Positions 1 through 9,511 of a stretch of 63,863 bases of DNA are shown piece after piece. Source of the DNA: Myxococcota bacterium (GTDB lineage: Bacteria; Myxococcota; XYA12-FULL-58-9; JALHOP01); contig JBGGMJ010000175.1 of assembly GCA_041288095.1 (NCBI GenBank), forward strand, positions 1 to 63,863, written 5' to 3'. Within the stretch, counting starts at the first letter, position 1. Each line of letters begins with the position of its first letter. A model generated the notes under the pieces. It searched no databases, was not told the origin of the DNA, and worked only from the letters and a program-made list of their open reading frames with translations. The translations under genes and the position numbers were made by a program.

Positions 1-1592
1 CGCGTCACCCCGGGTAACACCGAGACCTGTTCGTTGAAGGCCATGGCCTCGGCCGCCTGGATGTCGACGAAGAAGAACGCGGGTGGATCCGTCGTGCGTC
101 CTTCGCCGAGCTCCCGGGAGAGGTTGCTCTCGATGACCGCGATTGCGGCCAACACGGTCAGGCCCAAGCCCAAGGTCATCGCGGTGCGGTTGGTGCTCGT
201 CGCGTTGCGCGCGACGCCGCCGAGGCCGACGCGAAGCGGCGAGGCGGGCATGCGGAAGGTGAGCCAGGTCGCGAGGCGTGCCGCGAGGCGCGCCATCGTT
301 GCGAAGACGATGAAGGAAACGGAGACCGCGCCGACGAAGGCTACCGCCGTGCTCGCGTCGCGCGCCCCCGAGACGACGAGCGCCACCAAGACGAGAAGCC
401 CCGCGACGGTCGCGGCGAGCATACCCCCAGTGGGTCGCGCCCGCGCCGCGGTCACCTGAGCGCGAAAGAGCGCCGCCGGCTTTACCGCGCTGACGCGCGC
501 GAGCGGCCACAACGCGAACACCATCGCCGTGACCGCCCCGAAGGCGGCTGCCTGGGCGAGCGGTTGCCAGTAGACGCCGCCACGCGCCACCACGGGCAGC
601 ACCTGGGCCACGAGGGGCAGCACGAGTACTGGGGCGAGCGCCCCGACGAGCAGACCGATGACGATGCCCAAGCTCGCGAGCAATCCGGTGAGCCATAGGT
701 ACACCGCGGTCACGGTGTGGCTCGCCGCGCCCACGCACTTGAGAGTCGCGATGGTGGACAGCTTGCTCTCGATGAAGGTCGACACTGCATTACTCACGCC
801 GACGCCACCGACGAGCAGGGCGGTGAGGCCCACGAGAGTGAGGAACTGGGTCACGCGATCGATGAAGCGCTTCACGCCAGGGGTCGCGTCGGTGTGGGTG
901 ACGACGCGCACGCCGGCGAGACGAGCGCGTAAGGGCGCTGCGACGTTCTCGGCGTCCACCGTGTCCGCAAGCTTCACTCTGTAGCTATAGCGGACGAGGC
1001 TGCCCGGCTGGACGAGCCCGGTAGCCGCCACCGCTTCGGGCGCGACCATGACGCGCGGTCCCAGCTCGAAGCCGCGAATGCCCCGGTCTGGCTCGTGAGT
1101 GAGCACACCGCGGACGACGAGGGATGCATCACCGATGGTGATCGGGTCGCCAACCTTCAAAGCGAGCCGCGCCGCGAGCGTTGGGTCGACCAGCGCGCCA
1201 CCGCCGGTGAGCGCTTCACGGAGAGCGAAAGCCGGCTCGGTTTCGACCGCGCCGTAGAGAGGGTAGGTGCCGTCGACCGCCTTGAGCTCGACGAGGGTGC
1301 TGACGTCGCCATGCCGGGCCATGGCGCGTAGCTCGGTCGTCCGCGACAGCGTATTGCCCACCGAGATGGCCGACACCTCTGCCTCGTCGAGCGGCATAGT
1401 GGTCGATGAGAGCTCGAGGTCACCGCCAAGCAGCGTCCGCGCATCGGCGCGCAAGCCGGCGAACAGCGCGGCGCGCGTCGAGCCGATGGCGGCAATCGCG
1501 GCGACCCCGAGCGCGAGACAACCCACGAGCAGCCGAAACGGCCGAATACCGCCGCGCAGCTCACGGCGCGCCAACGTCCAGACGATACTCAC
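1..1592 (-). CDS. ABC transporter permease, FtsX-like/YbbP family (3' end runs off window)
   Basis: Manual translation from GTG at 1592: MSIVWTLARRELRGGIRPFRLLVGCLALGVAAIAAIGST; GTGA overlap with ABC ATPase stop; absent from ORF track because no stop lies in the window. Confidence 0.88.
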   Translation of the reverse strand, partial: MSIVWTLARRELRGGIRPFRLLVGCLALGVAAIAAIGSTRAALFAGLRADARTLLGGDLELSSTTMPLDEAEVSAISVGNTLSRTTELRAMARHGDVSTLVELKAVDGTYPLYGAVETEPAFALREALTGGGALVDPTLAARLALKVGDPITIGDASLVVRGVLTHEPDRGIRGFELGPRVMVAPEAVAATGLVQPGSLVRYSYRVKLADTVDAENVAAPLRARLAGVRVVTHTDATPGVKRFIDRVTQFLTLVGLTALLVGGVGVSNAVSTFIESKLSTIATLKCVGAASHTVTAVYLWLTGLLASLGIVIGLLVGALAPVLVLPLVAQVLPVVARGGVYWQPLAQAAAFGAVTAMVFALWPLARVSAVKPAALFRAQVTAARARPTGGMLAATVAGLLVLVALVVSGARDASTAVAFVGAVSVSFIVFATMARLAARLATWLTFRMPASPLRVGLGGVARNATSTNRTAMTLGLGLTVLAAIAVIESNLSRELGEGRTTDPPAFFFVDIQAAEAMAFNEQVSVLPGVT

Positions 1593-2293
1593 GCGCCACC
1601 ACGCGCGACAGCGGGGCTCGCGAGCAGACGGCCGTCGGCCATTTCGACCGTGCGGTCGCACCGCCGCGCCAGCTCTTGGTCGTGGGTGACCAGCACGAGC
1701 GTCGTCCGCCGCTCGGACCGCAGGTTGAACAACGTCTCGATGATGCGCCTGCCCGTTGCGCCGTCCAAGTTGCCTGTCGGCTCGTCGGCGAGGATCAACG
1801 CCGGCTCGATCACGACGGCACGCGCCAGCGCCACGCGCTGCTGCTCGCCCCCGGACAGCTCGCTGGGATGGTGCGTGAGCCGTGCCCCCAGGCCGACGTG
1901 CTCGAGGGCCTCCTTGGCTCGCGCCAGGGCATCGGCTCGCCCCGCGAGCTCGAGCGGCAAGGCCACGTTCTCGAGCGCCGTCATGGTCGGCACCAAGCGA
2001 AAGGACTGGAAGACGATGCCGACGTGCTGGCCGCGAAAACGGGCGAGGGTGTCTTCATCAGCGGTGGTGAGGTCGACGCCGGCGACGCGGACGCTGCCGC
2101 TGGTGACACGCTCGAGGCCAGCGGTTACCATCATGAGCGTCGACTTTCCCGCGCCCGATGGACCAACGATGCTGACGCTTTCACCTCGGGCGATGGTGAG
2201 ATTCACACCGCGCAGGACGTTGACGATCTGCGAGTCACTGCCGAGCGTGACATGGACTTCGGTCAGGTCGACCACATTGGGGGTATCAGTCAT
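1589..2293 (-). CDS. ABC transporter ATP-binding protein (YbbA/LolD-like)
   Basis: Walker A GPSGAGKS, LSGGEQQRVALARA signature, ILADEPTGNLD, VTHD. Confidence 0.95.
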   Translation of the reverse strand: MTDTPNVVDLTEVHVTLGSDSQIVNVLRGVNLTIARGESVSIVGPSGAGKSTLMMVTAGLERVTSGSVRVAGVDLTTADEDTLARFRGQHVGIVFQSFRLVPTMTALENVALPLELAGRADALARAKEALEHVGLGARLTHHPSELSGGEQQRVALARAVVIEPALILADEPTGNLDGATGRRIIETLFNLRSERRTTLVLVTHDQELARRCDRTVEMADGRLLASPAVARGGA

Positions 2294-2308
2294 GCGGAAG
2301 GGGGCACC

Positions 2309-2941
2309 TTGGGGCGACTAGCTCTATGTATCGTAAGCTGTGCGCTGCTCGCCGCAACGCCACAAAAGAAAGCAATGCCGGGCGAACCGGTGCGCATGGT
2401 CGTCCTGGGCGATAGCCTCACCGCCGGCTATGGGCTCAAGCCGAGCGAGGCTTTCCCTGCCCAGCTCGAGCGCGCGCTGGTGGGGCGCGGCGCCAATGTC
2501 AAAGTCGCGAACGCCGGGGTCTCGGGCGACACCGCGAGCGGCGGCGCCGCGCGGCTCGCCTGGGCGATCGCCGATGGACCCCATGTGGTCATCGTCGAGC
2601 TTGGCGCCAACGACGGGCTGCGCGCCATCGAGCCCGACGTCACCTACCAGAAGCTCGATGAGATTCTGACGGCGCTCGAGGGCCAAGGCATCGCGGTGCT
2701 GTTCACCGGCATGATGATGCCACCCAACTTCGGCGACTACGGCAAGCGCTTTGCCCAGACGTTCGAGCGTCTGGCCAAGGCTCATCCCGGCGCCGTTTAC
2801 TACCCGTTTTTTCTCGAGGGCGTGGCGCGCGATCCGAAGCTGTCCTTGCCGGATGGCATGCATCCCAACGCCGAGGGCGTGCGTCACATCGTCGAGCGCA
2901 TCATGCCGTCGGTCGAAAAGGTGCTGGCGCGCGCCCGCTAA
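2309..2941 (+). CDS. tesA: Arylesterase / acyl-CoA thioesterase I (SGNH-GDSL hydrolase)
   Basis: GDSLTAGYG, NAGVSGDT, ELGANDGLR, DGMHPN blocks; divergent from ybbA-like gene; start uncertain (TTG 2309 or ATG 2375). Confidence 0.88.
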   Translation: MGRLALCIVSCALLAATPQKKAMPGEPVRMVVLGDSLTAGYGLKPSEAFPAQLERALVGRGANVKVANAGVSGDTASGGAARLAWAIADGPHVVIVELGANDGLRAIEPDVTYQKLDEILTALEGQGIAVLFTGMMMPPNFGDYGKRFAQTFERLAKAHPGAVYYPFFLEGVARDPKLSLPDGMHPNAEGVRHIVERIMPSVEKVLARAR

Positions 2942-3360
2942 GACGTCGCGAGCTTCTCGAGCTCCGCCAGAATCATCGTCCAACCGCCGGTGTGCGGCTG
3001 CTTTGCTTGTGGCGTGAGCCCGAAGTGCTCGAGCGTGATGCGCGTCGCTCCCGCGCCTTCGTCGTCGAACCGCAGGCGCACGTGACTGCCCTCGCCAGCG
3101 TGCTGCGAAATCCAGGTGAAGCTCAGCCGCTCGTAGCGTGAGATCTCGAGATACTCACCATGATGCGGCATCTCCTTGCCGGCCGTGATCATGGTGATGA
3201 GGAACTTGCCTCCGACGCGGGGGTCGACCTCGACCTTGCCGCAGCTCATGCCTTCGGCGGGAGTCATGAAGCGCGACAACGCCCGCGGATCGAGCCAGGC
3301 CTCGAACAACTCCTTCTTGGCTCGGGGGACGATGCGTTCGAGACGAACATCGGGTGTCAT
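2938..3360 (-). CDS. SRPBCC (AHSA1/CalC-like) domain protein
   Basis: LFEAWLDP, VDPRVGGKF, LSFTW, C-terminal GW..IL..L helix. Confidence 0.88.
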   Translation of the reverse strand: MTPDVRLERIVPRAKKELFEAWLDPRALSRFMTPAEGMSCGKVEVDPRVGGKFLITMITAGKEMPHHGEYLEISRYERLSFTWISQHAGEGSHVRLRFDDEGAGATRITLEHFGLTPQAKQPHTGGWTMILAELEKLATS

Positions 3361-3731
3361 TTCTTCTTCTCGCTCTCTTTGTCTTTGTCCCGGCTCACCG
3401 CGTAGTCGACGAAGGCGTCGAGCCGCTCGGACCAGAAATGTTGGTGGGCGTGCAGGTACGAATAGGCGGGCTGTAGTGCGCTCCAGCGGACGGAGATGCG
3501 ATGCTCGCGCCCGACGACACGCCGAGACACCAGACCGGCGGCCTCGAGCACTTTGACGTGCTTGGAGACGCCGTTCTGGGTCATCGAAAAAGCCTCGCCG
3601 ATGTCGCCGACGGTGAGCTCCCCCGCCTCGCGGAGCAGCGCCACGATCTTACGGCGGGCAGGGTCGGCCAGGCCGTGAAACACGCGGTTCAAACGCGCCT
3701 CATCGGCTTTGTCTCGCTCTCGCGTGCTCAC
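3357..3731 (-). CDS. ArsR/SmtB family transcriptional regulator
   Basis: VFHGLADPARRKIV, VSKHVKVLEAAGLV..R..GR. Confidence 0.92.
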   Translation of the reverse strand: MSTRERDKADEARLNRVFHGLADPARRKIVALLREAGELTVGDIGEAFSMTQNGVSKHVKVLEAAGLVSRRVVGREHRISVRWSALQPAYSYLHAHQHFWSERLDAFVDYAVSRDKDKESEKKK

Positions 3732-3750
3732 GGGCGCGTCTCACCCCGCA

Positions 3751-4179
3751 TCAGATGGACAAGTCGTGGGGGAACGGCCGGCCTTTCCCGGTCTCGGCGA
3801 CCTCGCGCAAGCTCAACAGGAACGTCGCCCACTTCATGCTGCAGTGGGACATGTGGTCGTTGGCTTCTTTCCATGCGCGGTGACTGAAGCGCACTGTAGT
3901 ACGCCCGTCCTTCTCGGTGAGATCGAATTTGATGCGGGTGTCGTTCCAATCGCCGCCGTCGTCCACGCATGTCCACGCGACCGCCTTGTTGCGTTCGAGC
4001 TGGTCGACCCGCATGCGCACCACATGTGCGTTGAAACGGAAGTCGATGACCTCTCCCGGCGCCGACGCACCAGTCGTCGTGGAGGTCCACCAGCTCGCCA
4101 AGCCGTTGATGGTGGATAGGGCGCGGTAAACCGACTCGGCGGGCGCGTTGATGTTCAGGGTGTGTTGGATGTCAGCCAC
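3751..4179 (-). CDS. SRPBCC domain protein
   Basis: VYRALSTINGLASWW, W..TRIKFDL, KWATFLLSL; GTG start preceded by AAGGAG. Confidence 0.88.
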   Translation of the reverse strand: MADIQHTLNINAPAESVYRALSTINGLASWWTSTTTGASAPGEVIDFRFNAHVVRMRVDQLERNKAVAWTCVDDGGDWNDTRIKFDLTEKDGRTTVRFSHRAWKEANDHMSHCSMKWATFLLSLREVAETGKGRPFPHDLSI

Positions 4180-4201
4180 GGAATCTCTCCTTGATAGATG
4201 T

Positions 4202-4254
4202 ACAACCAAGTGGTTGTGCAACCAGATGGTGGTGCATTGAGCCGTGTCTGTCAA
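4202..4254 (-). promoter_or_regulatory. Sigma70-type promoter with tandem palindromic operators (probable ArsR autoregulation)
   Basis: Minus-strand TTGACA (4249-4254)-N17-CACCAT; ACAACCA-AG-TGGTTGT at 4202-4217 and CAACCA-GA-TGGTGG at 4219-4232. Confidence 0.7.
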
Positions 4255-4316
4255 GGCCGGAAAGAAGAGGGGGTCTTCCCAGCCTCGACGGCCTCCGCTA
4301 TAGGCCCACGCCGATC

Positions 4317-4604
4317 ATGTCCGAGCGTGACGACACTCTGCGGGTCTTGAACGAAGGTCACACCTTCCCGGGCCCGTACATGTTCAAGGTGATCGGCGAC
4401 AACACGCCGGACTTCGCGGCCCGTGTCATTCAGGCGGCGACGGTGATTGCCGGGCTGCAAGCGGCGCCCAACGTCAGTGTCCGTGAAAGCGCCGGCGGTA
4501 AGCACCAGGCGATCACCATTTCGATCGCGGTCGAGAGCGCCGAGAAGGTCCTCGACATCTACGCTGCTTTTCGCGCCGTCGCCGGCGTCCGCATGGTTTT
4601 CTAG
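4317..4604 (+). CDS. DUF493/YbeD family protein
   Basis: HTFPGPYMFKVIG, S.GGKHQAITI, IYAAF pattern; 95 aa. Confidence 0.8.
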   Translation: MSERDDTLRVLNEGHTFPGPYMFKVIGDNTPDFAARVIQAATVIAGLQAAPNVSVRESAGGKHQAITISIAVESAEKVLDIYAAFRAVAGVRMVF

Positions 4605-4617
4605 GACGCCCTCTCAC

Positions 4618-5802
4618 GTGAGCAACGTATTCTCCATCCTCGGGCGTGCCGTGGTGCACGACAAGGGCTTGAAGCGCCTGCGCCAGGGACACCCTTGGGT
4701 CTACGCGAGCGACATCGTCGACATGCCGGGTAAGACACCCGGGCTCGTCGAGGTCGCCGGCAAGGACGGCCGCGTTTACGGCACCGCCATGTATTCGCCG
4801 CGCTCGACGATCACTTTGCGTTTGGTGGGGAAGGGCAGGGAGCCCTTCGACGCCGCCGTCGTCAAATCGCGCATCGCCGAGGCGCGGGAGCGGCGCGAGC
4901 GTCTGATGCCGGGTGTCGATGCCTACCGCGCCTTGCACGGTGAAGCCGATCGCCTGCCCGGGCTCTTCGTCGACCGTTACGGCGACGTCCTCGTCGCGCA
5001 ATCGACGACCGCTTCAGCGGACATGATCCAGCCCGCCGTGGTCGACGCCTTGCTCGAGCTCTATCAGCCGCGCGCCCTCGTAGTGAAGAACGACGCGCGC
5101 GCGCGTAACCGCGAGGGCCTCTCCGAAGACGTGCGTGTGGTGCACGGAAAAGCTCCGCTCGAGGCGCTCTATCACGAAGGTAAGATCGCTTACGTCATCG
5201 ATCCGCTCGCCGATCAGAAGACCGGCTCGTTCCTCGATCAAGCGGTGAACCACGTCCACGTCGCGCGTTACGCAAAGGGCGAGGCGCTCGACTGCTTCAC
5301 CTATCACGGTGGTTTCGCGCTGCAGCTCGCGGCCGCCGGCTGCTCCAAGGTCACCGCGGTAGACCTGTCCGCTCAAGCGGTCGAGAAGGTGAAAGCCAAC
5401 GCCGAACGCGCCGGCCTCTCGTCGGTCGTCGACGCCCAAGCCCGCGACGTCTTCGAGCTGCTCCCGGAGCTCGTCAAAGCCGGCAGGCAGTTCGATACCG
5501 TCGTGCTCGACCCGCCGGCCTTCGCCGCCGGCAAGGACACCGAGCAGAACGCCTTGCGCGCCTACAACGAGGTGAATCTGCGGGCGATGAAGCTGGTCGC
5601 CCCGAACGGCATCCTGGTGTCCTGCTCCTGCTCCGGCCGCATCACCCCCGACGCCTTCGACGCCATGCTGGTAGGCGCCGCGCGTGACGCGCAGCGGCAT
5701 ATCCACTTCGTGGAGAAGCGCGCCGCCGGCCCCGATCACCCCATTCTTGGGGGTGTGCCGGAGACCGACTACCTGAAATGCCGCGTTGTCATGGTCCTTT
5801 AG
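4618..5802 (+). CDS. Class I SAM-dependent rRNA methyltransferase (RlmI-like)
   Basis: PUA-like GHPWVY, EADRLPGLFVDRY, QKTGSFLDQ, LDCFTYHGGF, VLDPPAF, YLK. Confidence 0.92.
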   Translation: MSNVFSILGRAVVHDKGLKRLRQGHPWVYASDIVDMPGKTPGLVEVAGKDGRVYGTAMYSPRSTITLRLVGKGREPFDAAVVKSRIAEARERRERLMPGVDAYRALHGEADRLPGLFVDRYGDVLVAQSTTASADMIQPAVVDALLELYQPRALVVKNDARARNREGLSEDVRVVHGKAPLEALYHEGKIAYVIDPLADQKTGSFLDQAVNHVHVARYAKGEALDCFTYHGGFALQLAAAGCSKVTAVDLSAQAVEKVKANAERAGLSSVVDAQARDVFELLPELVKAGRQFDTVVLDPPAFAAGKDTEQNALRAYNEVNLRAMKLVAPNGILVSCSCSGRITPDAFDAMLVGAARDAQRHIHFVEKRAAGPDHPILGGVPETDYLKCRVVMVL

Positions 5803-5803
5803 G

Positions 5804-5869
5804 GCATCGGGGACGGGCGACGGCCGATACTGAGAGACAGAACCCAGATCATGGGGACGGTGCGCTCAG
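5804..5869 (+). promoter_or_regulatory. Putative sigma28(FliA)-like promoter and conserved leader
   Basis: GCAT-N15-GCCGATAC, 39 nt before ATG 5870; similar element at 48799-48864 (-). Confidence 0.45.
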
Positions 5870-8800
5870 ATGGCCGACGGTAACGACCAACGCATCCAAG
5901 GACTGCCGCAAACGTATCTGCCGCGGCCGACCCCCCCAGCGGAGCGGGGCGACGACGCTGCTGACGCGCGTCCCGTGCTCTTCGCCACCCCGTTCTCGCA
6001 AACCGACATTAGCCTCGCCACCGGCAAGGGCGACAGGTTGCCGTTCTCGAGTGACCTCCGCGCCATCGTGGGTCGTCCCGGCATCGTCGTCACCGATGTA
6101 ACCATTCCGCAGCCGGCCGCGCCCAGCGCTCTGCCTCGCGTTCCGACCGAGGACGTCACTCGGCAGGTTCGCAACGTCACCGGCGACGTGAGCCACGAGC
6201 TCGGCAACGCCCGTCGCGAGGTCGTCGACATCTCGGACACCTTGCTGCGTGGTCGTGCCCGTCTCGATGCCGTCACTCCCGCCGGGACCCGTGCCGCCGA
6301 GATCGTCGGTGCCGGCAACCGCGCCGTCATCCGCGGCACGCCGACCGGCGCGACCGACGCCGTGCGCGATGGCGTCGCGAGCGTATCGAGGGCTCTCGGC
6401 AGTGTCATTCCGCGCGACGCCAACTACACCCGCACGTTGCCGTTCCCGGTGTTCTACGACGATGGCCGCGGCACGCGCGTTGTCGTGCCGCCGGGCTCGC
6501 GCCTCGTCGCCCGCGACGGCAACTTGCGCCTCCAGAGCCCCGGCGCCTTCCTCACCGCCAACGGCACCACCGTGCGCATGGGCAGCCTCGATCTCAACAT
6601 AGGCCCGCAGAGCCAGTCGTCGGTCATGCAGCGCTTCACCGTCGATTCACGCTCGACCTCGATCGACCTGCAAGGGCTGCAGACGCGCCTCGCGACTGAC
6701 GGCTCGTTCTTGATGCGCGCCGATTCCGCCAGCATCGATCTGCGCCGCTCGCAGACGACAATCAGACTCACCGGCGCCGAGTTCGCGAGCACCTCGCCCG
6801 ACGCGATGCGCGCCGGCTTCGAAGCGCTCGCGGTGCGTACTCCCGGCGTCAGCGTGACCAGCGGCCCAGGTGGCATCACGACGACCACCCAAGGCGAGGT
6901 GAACCGCTGGACCGCCGACGCGGCCAACCTCGCCATCGAAACGCGTACCTCGACCTTCCGCGCCAACAACCTGACGATGACGTTGCAGCGCGACGGGCGC
7001 ACCGGGGCCGGGAACCTCGGCTGGACCGCCAACGGCGTCACCTTCAACGATGGTCGCAACACCTTCCAGGCCAACGTCGCCGCCGTGGACTTCGCTCGCA
7101 ATGCCGACGGCACGTCCGCTTTCGCGTTGCGCGGCCGCGACGTGAATCTGCGCATGGGTGATCGCACCTGGACCGCGACCGGCACGTCGGCCTTCCAGAT
7201 CAACTACGATGCGCGTGGACAGCTCCGGAGCATCGTTGGCGAAGGTGACCGCGTTCAGTTTACCGACCCGTCGACGAACATGGTCGCGACCGGTGCTAGC
7301 TTGCGGGCCAGCTTCGACGACCAGGGATTGGTTACACACCTGCGGGGTGGCGCCCGCGGATTCGACCTGCAGCACCGTGGCAACACGCTGGCGGTCCGCG
7401 ACGGCTCACTCGATTTCACGCGCGACGGCAGCACGCTCGTCATGCGCGGCGACGCGCTCTCGGGCAGCTACACTAGCAACCATGGCACCTACGAGCTCGG
7501 GCGCAACGGCCGGCTCGAGATGCGCATGGACGGGAATGTTACGACGTTGCGCGGCACCGCCGAAGCATTCTCGTACGCCGACGGCCGCGGCCGTTTGCAG
7601 ATCACCAATGGCCAAGTGGATGCGCGTTTCGGTTCCGACGGTGACGGCTTCCGCTTCACCGGTGACAACGTCCGCTATACCGGAAGTACCGCGACCAGTC
7701 AGCTCTCGCAGCTCACCGTCGACAACGCCGTCGCCGACGTTCGCCGCGACGCCTCGGGCGCTCTGTCGATGGGCTTGTCGGGCCGCAACGTCGCGATGAC
7801 CCTGGACGGCCACCGCGTCACCGTCGCCAACGCCGACCACGTCAATATCCGCACCGCGCCTGACGGTAGCCTCGCCAACATCGACATGCTCTTGCCGGGC
7901 CGCTCGACGGTCACCAGCCGCGACGGCGACGTCAACATCGGCGTCGAAGGCCTCGATGCGCGTTACGTCCGCAACGCCACCGGCGAAGCGCTGCGTATCG
8001 GCTTCGATCGCGGCCAGGTCGACATTCGCAGCCTGGGCCTCGTCGCCAACGGCACCGACATTCGCGCCGGCTTCCGCGTCGACAGCCAAGGTCGCCTCAC
8101 CAACGCCGGCCTCGACGTCGGCACTCTCGATGCCCGCTATCGCGACACCTCTATCCGTGTGAACAACCAGCCGGGTGAGAGCCTGTCGCTGCGTACGCGC
8201 TTCACCGACGGCGTCTTCCGCGACGCGGTGCTGCGTGTCCCCAACGGTGGCCAGCTCCTCGTCAACCAGGGTGACGTGACCGCCGACATCCGGCGCGGCA
8301 TCTACGGCTTGTCGTACGACGCGGCCACCGGCACGTGGCGTGGTCGCGCCCAGGACTTCCAGGCCTTCGGCACCTGGCGCGACGTCTCGGTTGCGACGAG
8401 CGGGCGCAACGCCGACGTGTCGCTGGTGAACGGCGCGCTGCAAATCAACAACATCACCGCGACGAACGTCCGTGTCCGCAACGGCGACTTCGACGTCAAT
8501 GTCGACATGCAGCAGGTCGACAACGTGCTGGCGCGGGTCGCTGGCATCTCGGGCCTCGCGCGCGGCGCCATGATCACCTTGACGCCGACCGCCGACAACT
8601 CGCGCATCACCGCGCACATCAGCACCAACTACGCGGGCATCCCCTTCAGCTTGCGCATCGACAACGCACGACAGCTCGAGGCGCTGGCGATGGTGCAGGT
8701 CAACCAAGCCCAGTTCCGCGTGCAGGATCCGAGCGGGCAGGGCCGCATCCGCCTCGAGGCCGGTCCGCTCTCAGCCTCCGGCAGCCAGATCGGCGCGGTG

Positions 8801-9448
8801 GTCACCTACCGTCCCTTCGAGGCCATGCGCTTCACCGACGGCATGGGCCTCATGGCCGGCGGTTATCGTCTCGGCGACCACTTCGAGATCAACCCCAACG
8901 GCGCCTTCACGGTGGGCGCGCTTGGGCGCGACAGTCTGTTCTTTGGTGGGCTCACGGTTGCGCCCCCGCGGCACGTCAATCCGCACCAGGAACCCACGTC
9001 GGGCATTCACCAACCGCTGGTGCCGACCGACTCCTGGAGCATGTTGCTGCATGCCGGCATTCAAGGAACCGATGGCCGCGGTGTCACGCGTGGCGTTGGT
9101 CTCTACGGCGGCCTCGTCGACGGTGCTCAAGTGAACGCGCGCCTGCAGGGCGACTGGCGTCTCGTCAACACCATCCCGGTGCCGAACGACATGACTCTGC
9201 CGGCGACGGCGGCGGGCGGAGTCCAGTACCGGCACACGAATGCCGACAACTCGACATGGACGCTGCCCGCCGGCGCTCCCGCGGCCATCGGCACCGCCAT
9301 CCGCAGTCCCTGGATCGAGGAGCCGGCCAAGGTCGGCGGCCACGCAACCCTGAGCTACCAGCGCGGCGATCTCTTCGCGACCGGTTCGGTGTCGCACACG
9401 CCGGGAGCCGGCACGGCTGCGATGTTCCGTATCGGCACCAGCTTCTAG
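5870..9448 (+). CDS. Large hypothetical beta-strand-rich protein (1192 aa)
   Basis: Long ORF with GC3-biased codons; alternating hydrophobic/polar strands with DG/NG turns; no classical signal peptide; ends MFRIGTSF. Confidence 0.85.
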   Translation: MADGNDQRIQGLPQTYLPRPTPPAERGDDAADARPVLFATPFSQTDISLATGKGDRLPFSSDLRAIVGRPGIVVTDVTIPQPAAPSALPRVPTEDVTRQVRNVTGDVSHELGNARREVVDISDTLLRGRARLDAVTPAGTRAAEIVGAGNRAVIRGTPTGATDAVRDGVASVSRALGSVIPRDANYTRTLPFPVFYDDGRGTRVVVPPGSRLVARDGNLRLQSPGAFLTANGTTVRMGSLDLNIGPQSQSSVMQRFTVDSRSTSIDLQGLQTRLATDGSFLMRADSASIDLRRSQTTIRLTGAEFASTSPDAMRAGFEALAVRTPGVSVTSGPGGITTTTQGEVNRWTADAANLAIETRTSTFRANNLTMTLQRDGRTGAGNLGWTANGVTFNDGRNTFQANVAAVDFARNADGTSAFALRGRDVNLRMGDRTWTATGTSAFQINYDARGQLRSIVGEGDRVQFTDPSTNMVATGASLRASFDDQGLVTHLRGGARGFDLQHRGNTLAVRDGSLDFTRDGSTLVMRGDALSGSYTSNHGTYELGRNGRLEMRMDGNVTTLRGTAEAFSYADGRGRLQITNGQVDARFGSDGDGFRFTGDNVRYTGSTATSQLSQLTVDNAVADVRRDASGALSMGLSGRNVAMTLDGHRVTVANADHVNIRTAPDGSLANIDMLLPGRSTVTSRDGDVNIGVEGLDARYVRNATGEALRIGFDRGQVDIRSLGLVANGTDIRAGFRVDSQGRLTNAGLDVGTLDARYRDTSIRVNNQPGESLSLRTRFTDGVFRDAVLRVPNGGQLLVNQGDVTADIRRGIYGLSYDAATGTWRGRAQDFQAFGTWRDVSVATSGRNADVSLVNGALQINNITATNVRVRNGDFDVNVDMQQVDNVLARVAGISGLARGAMITLTPTADNSRITAHISTNYAGIPFSLRIDNARQLEALAMVQVNQAQFRVQDPSGQGRIRLEAGPLSASGSQIGAVVTYRPFEAMRFTDGMGLMAGGYRLGDHFEINPNGAFTVGALGRDSLFFGGLTVAPPRHVNPHQEPTSGIHQPLVPTDSWSMLLHAGIQGTDGRGVTRGVGLYGGLVDGAQVNARLQGDWRLVNTIPVPNDMTLPATAAGGVQYRHTNADNSTWTLPAGAPAAIGTAIRSPWIEEPAKVGGHATLSYQRGDLFATGSVSHTPGAGTAAMFRIGTSF

Positions 9449-9511
9449 CGCCTAAGCGCTTGCGCCAGCTCCACCGAGTGCGCTCTATGCCTGTGCAAGG
9501 AGCGCTCGCAC

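Noticed and set aside
1406..2308. 511-aa N-terminally extended TesA
   Set aside because: The extension is the antisense of the ABC ATPase gene; the real protein begins near 2309-2375
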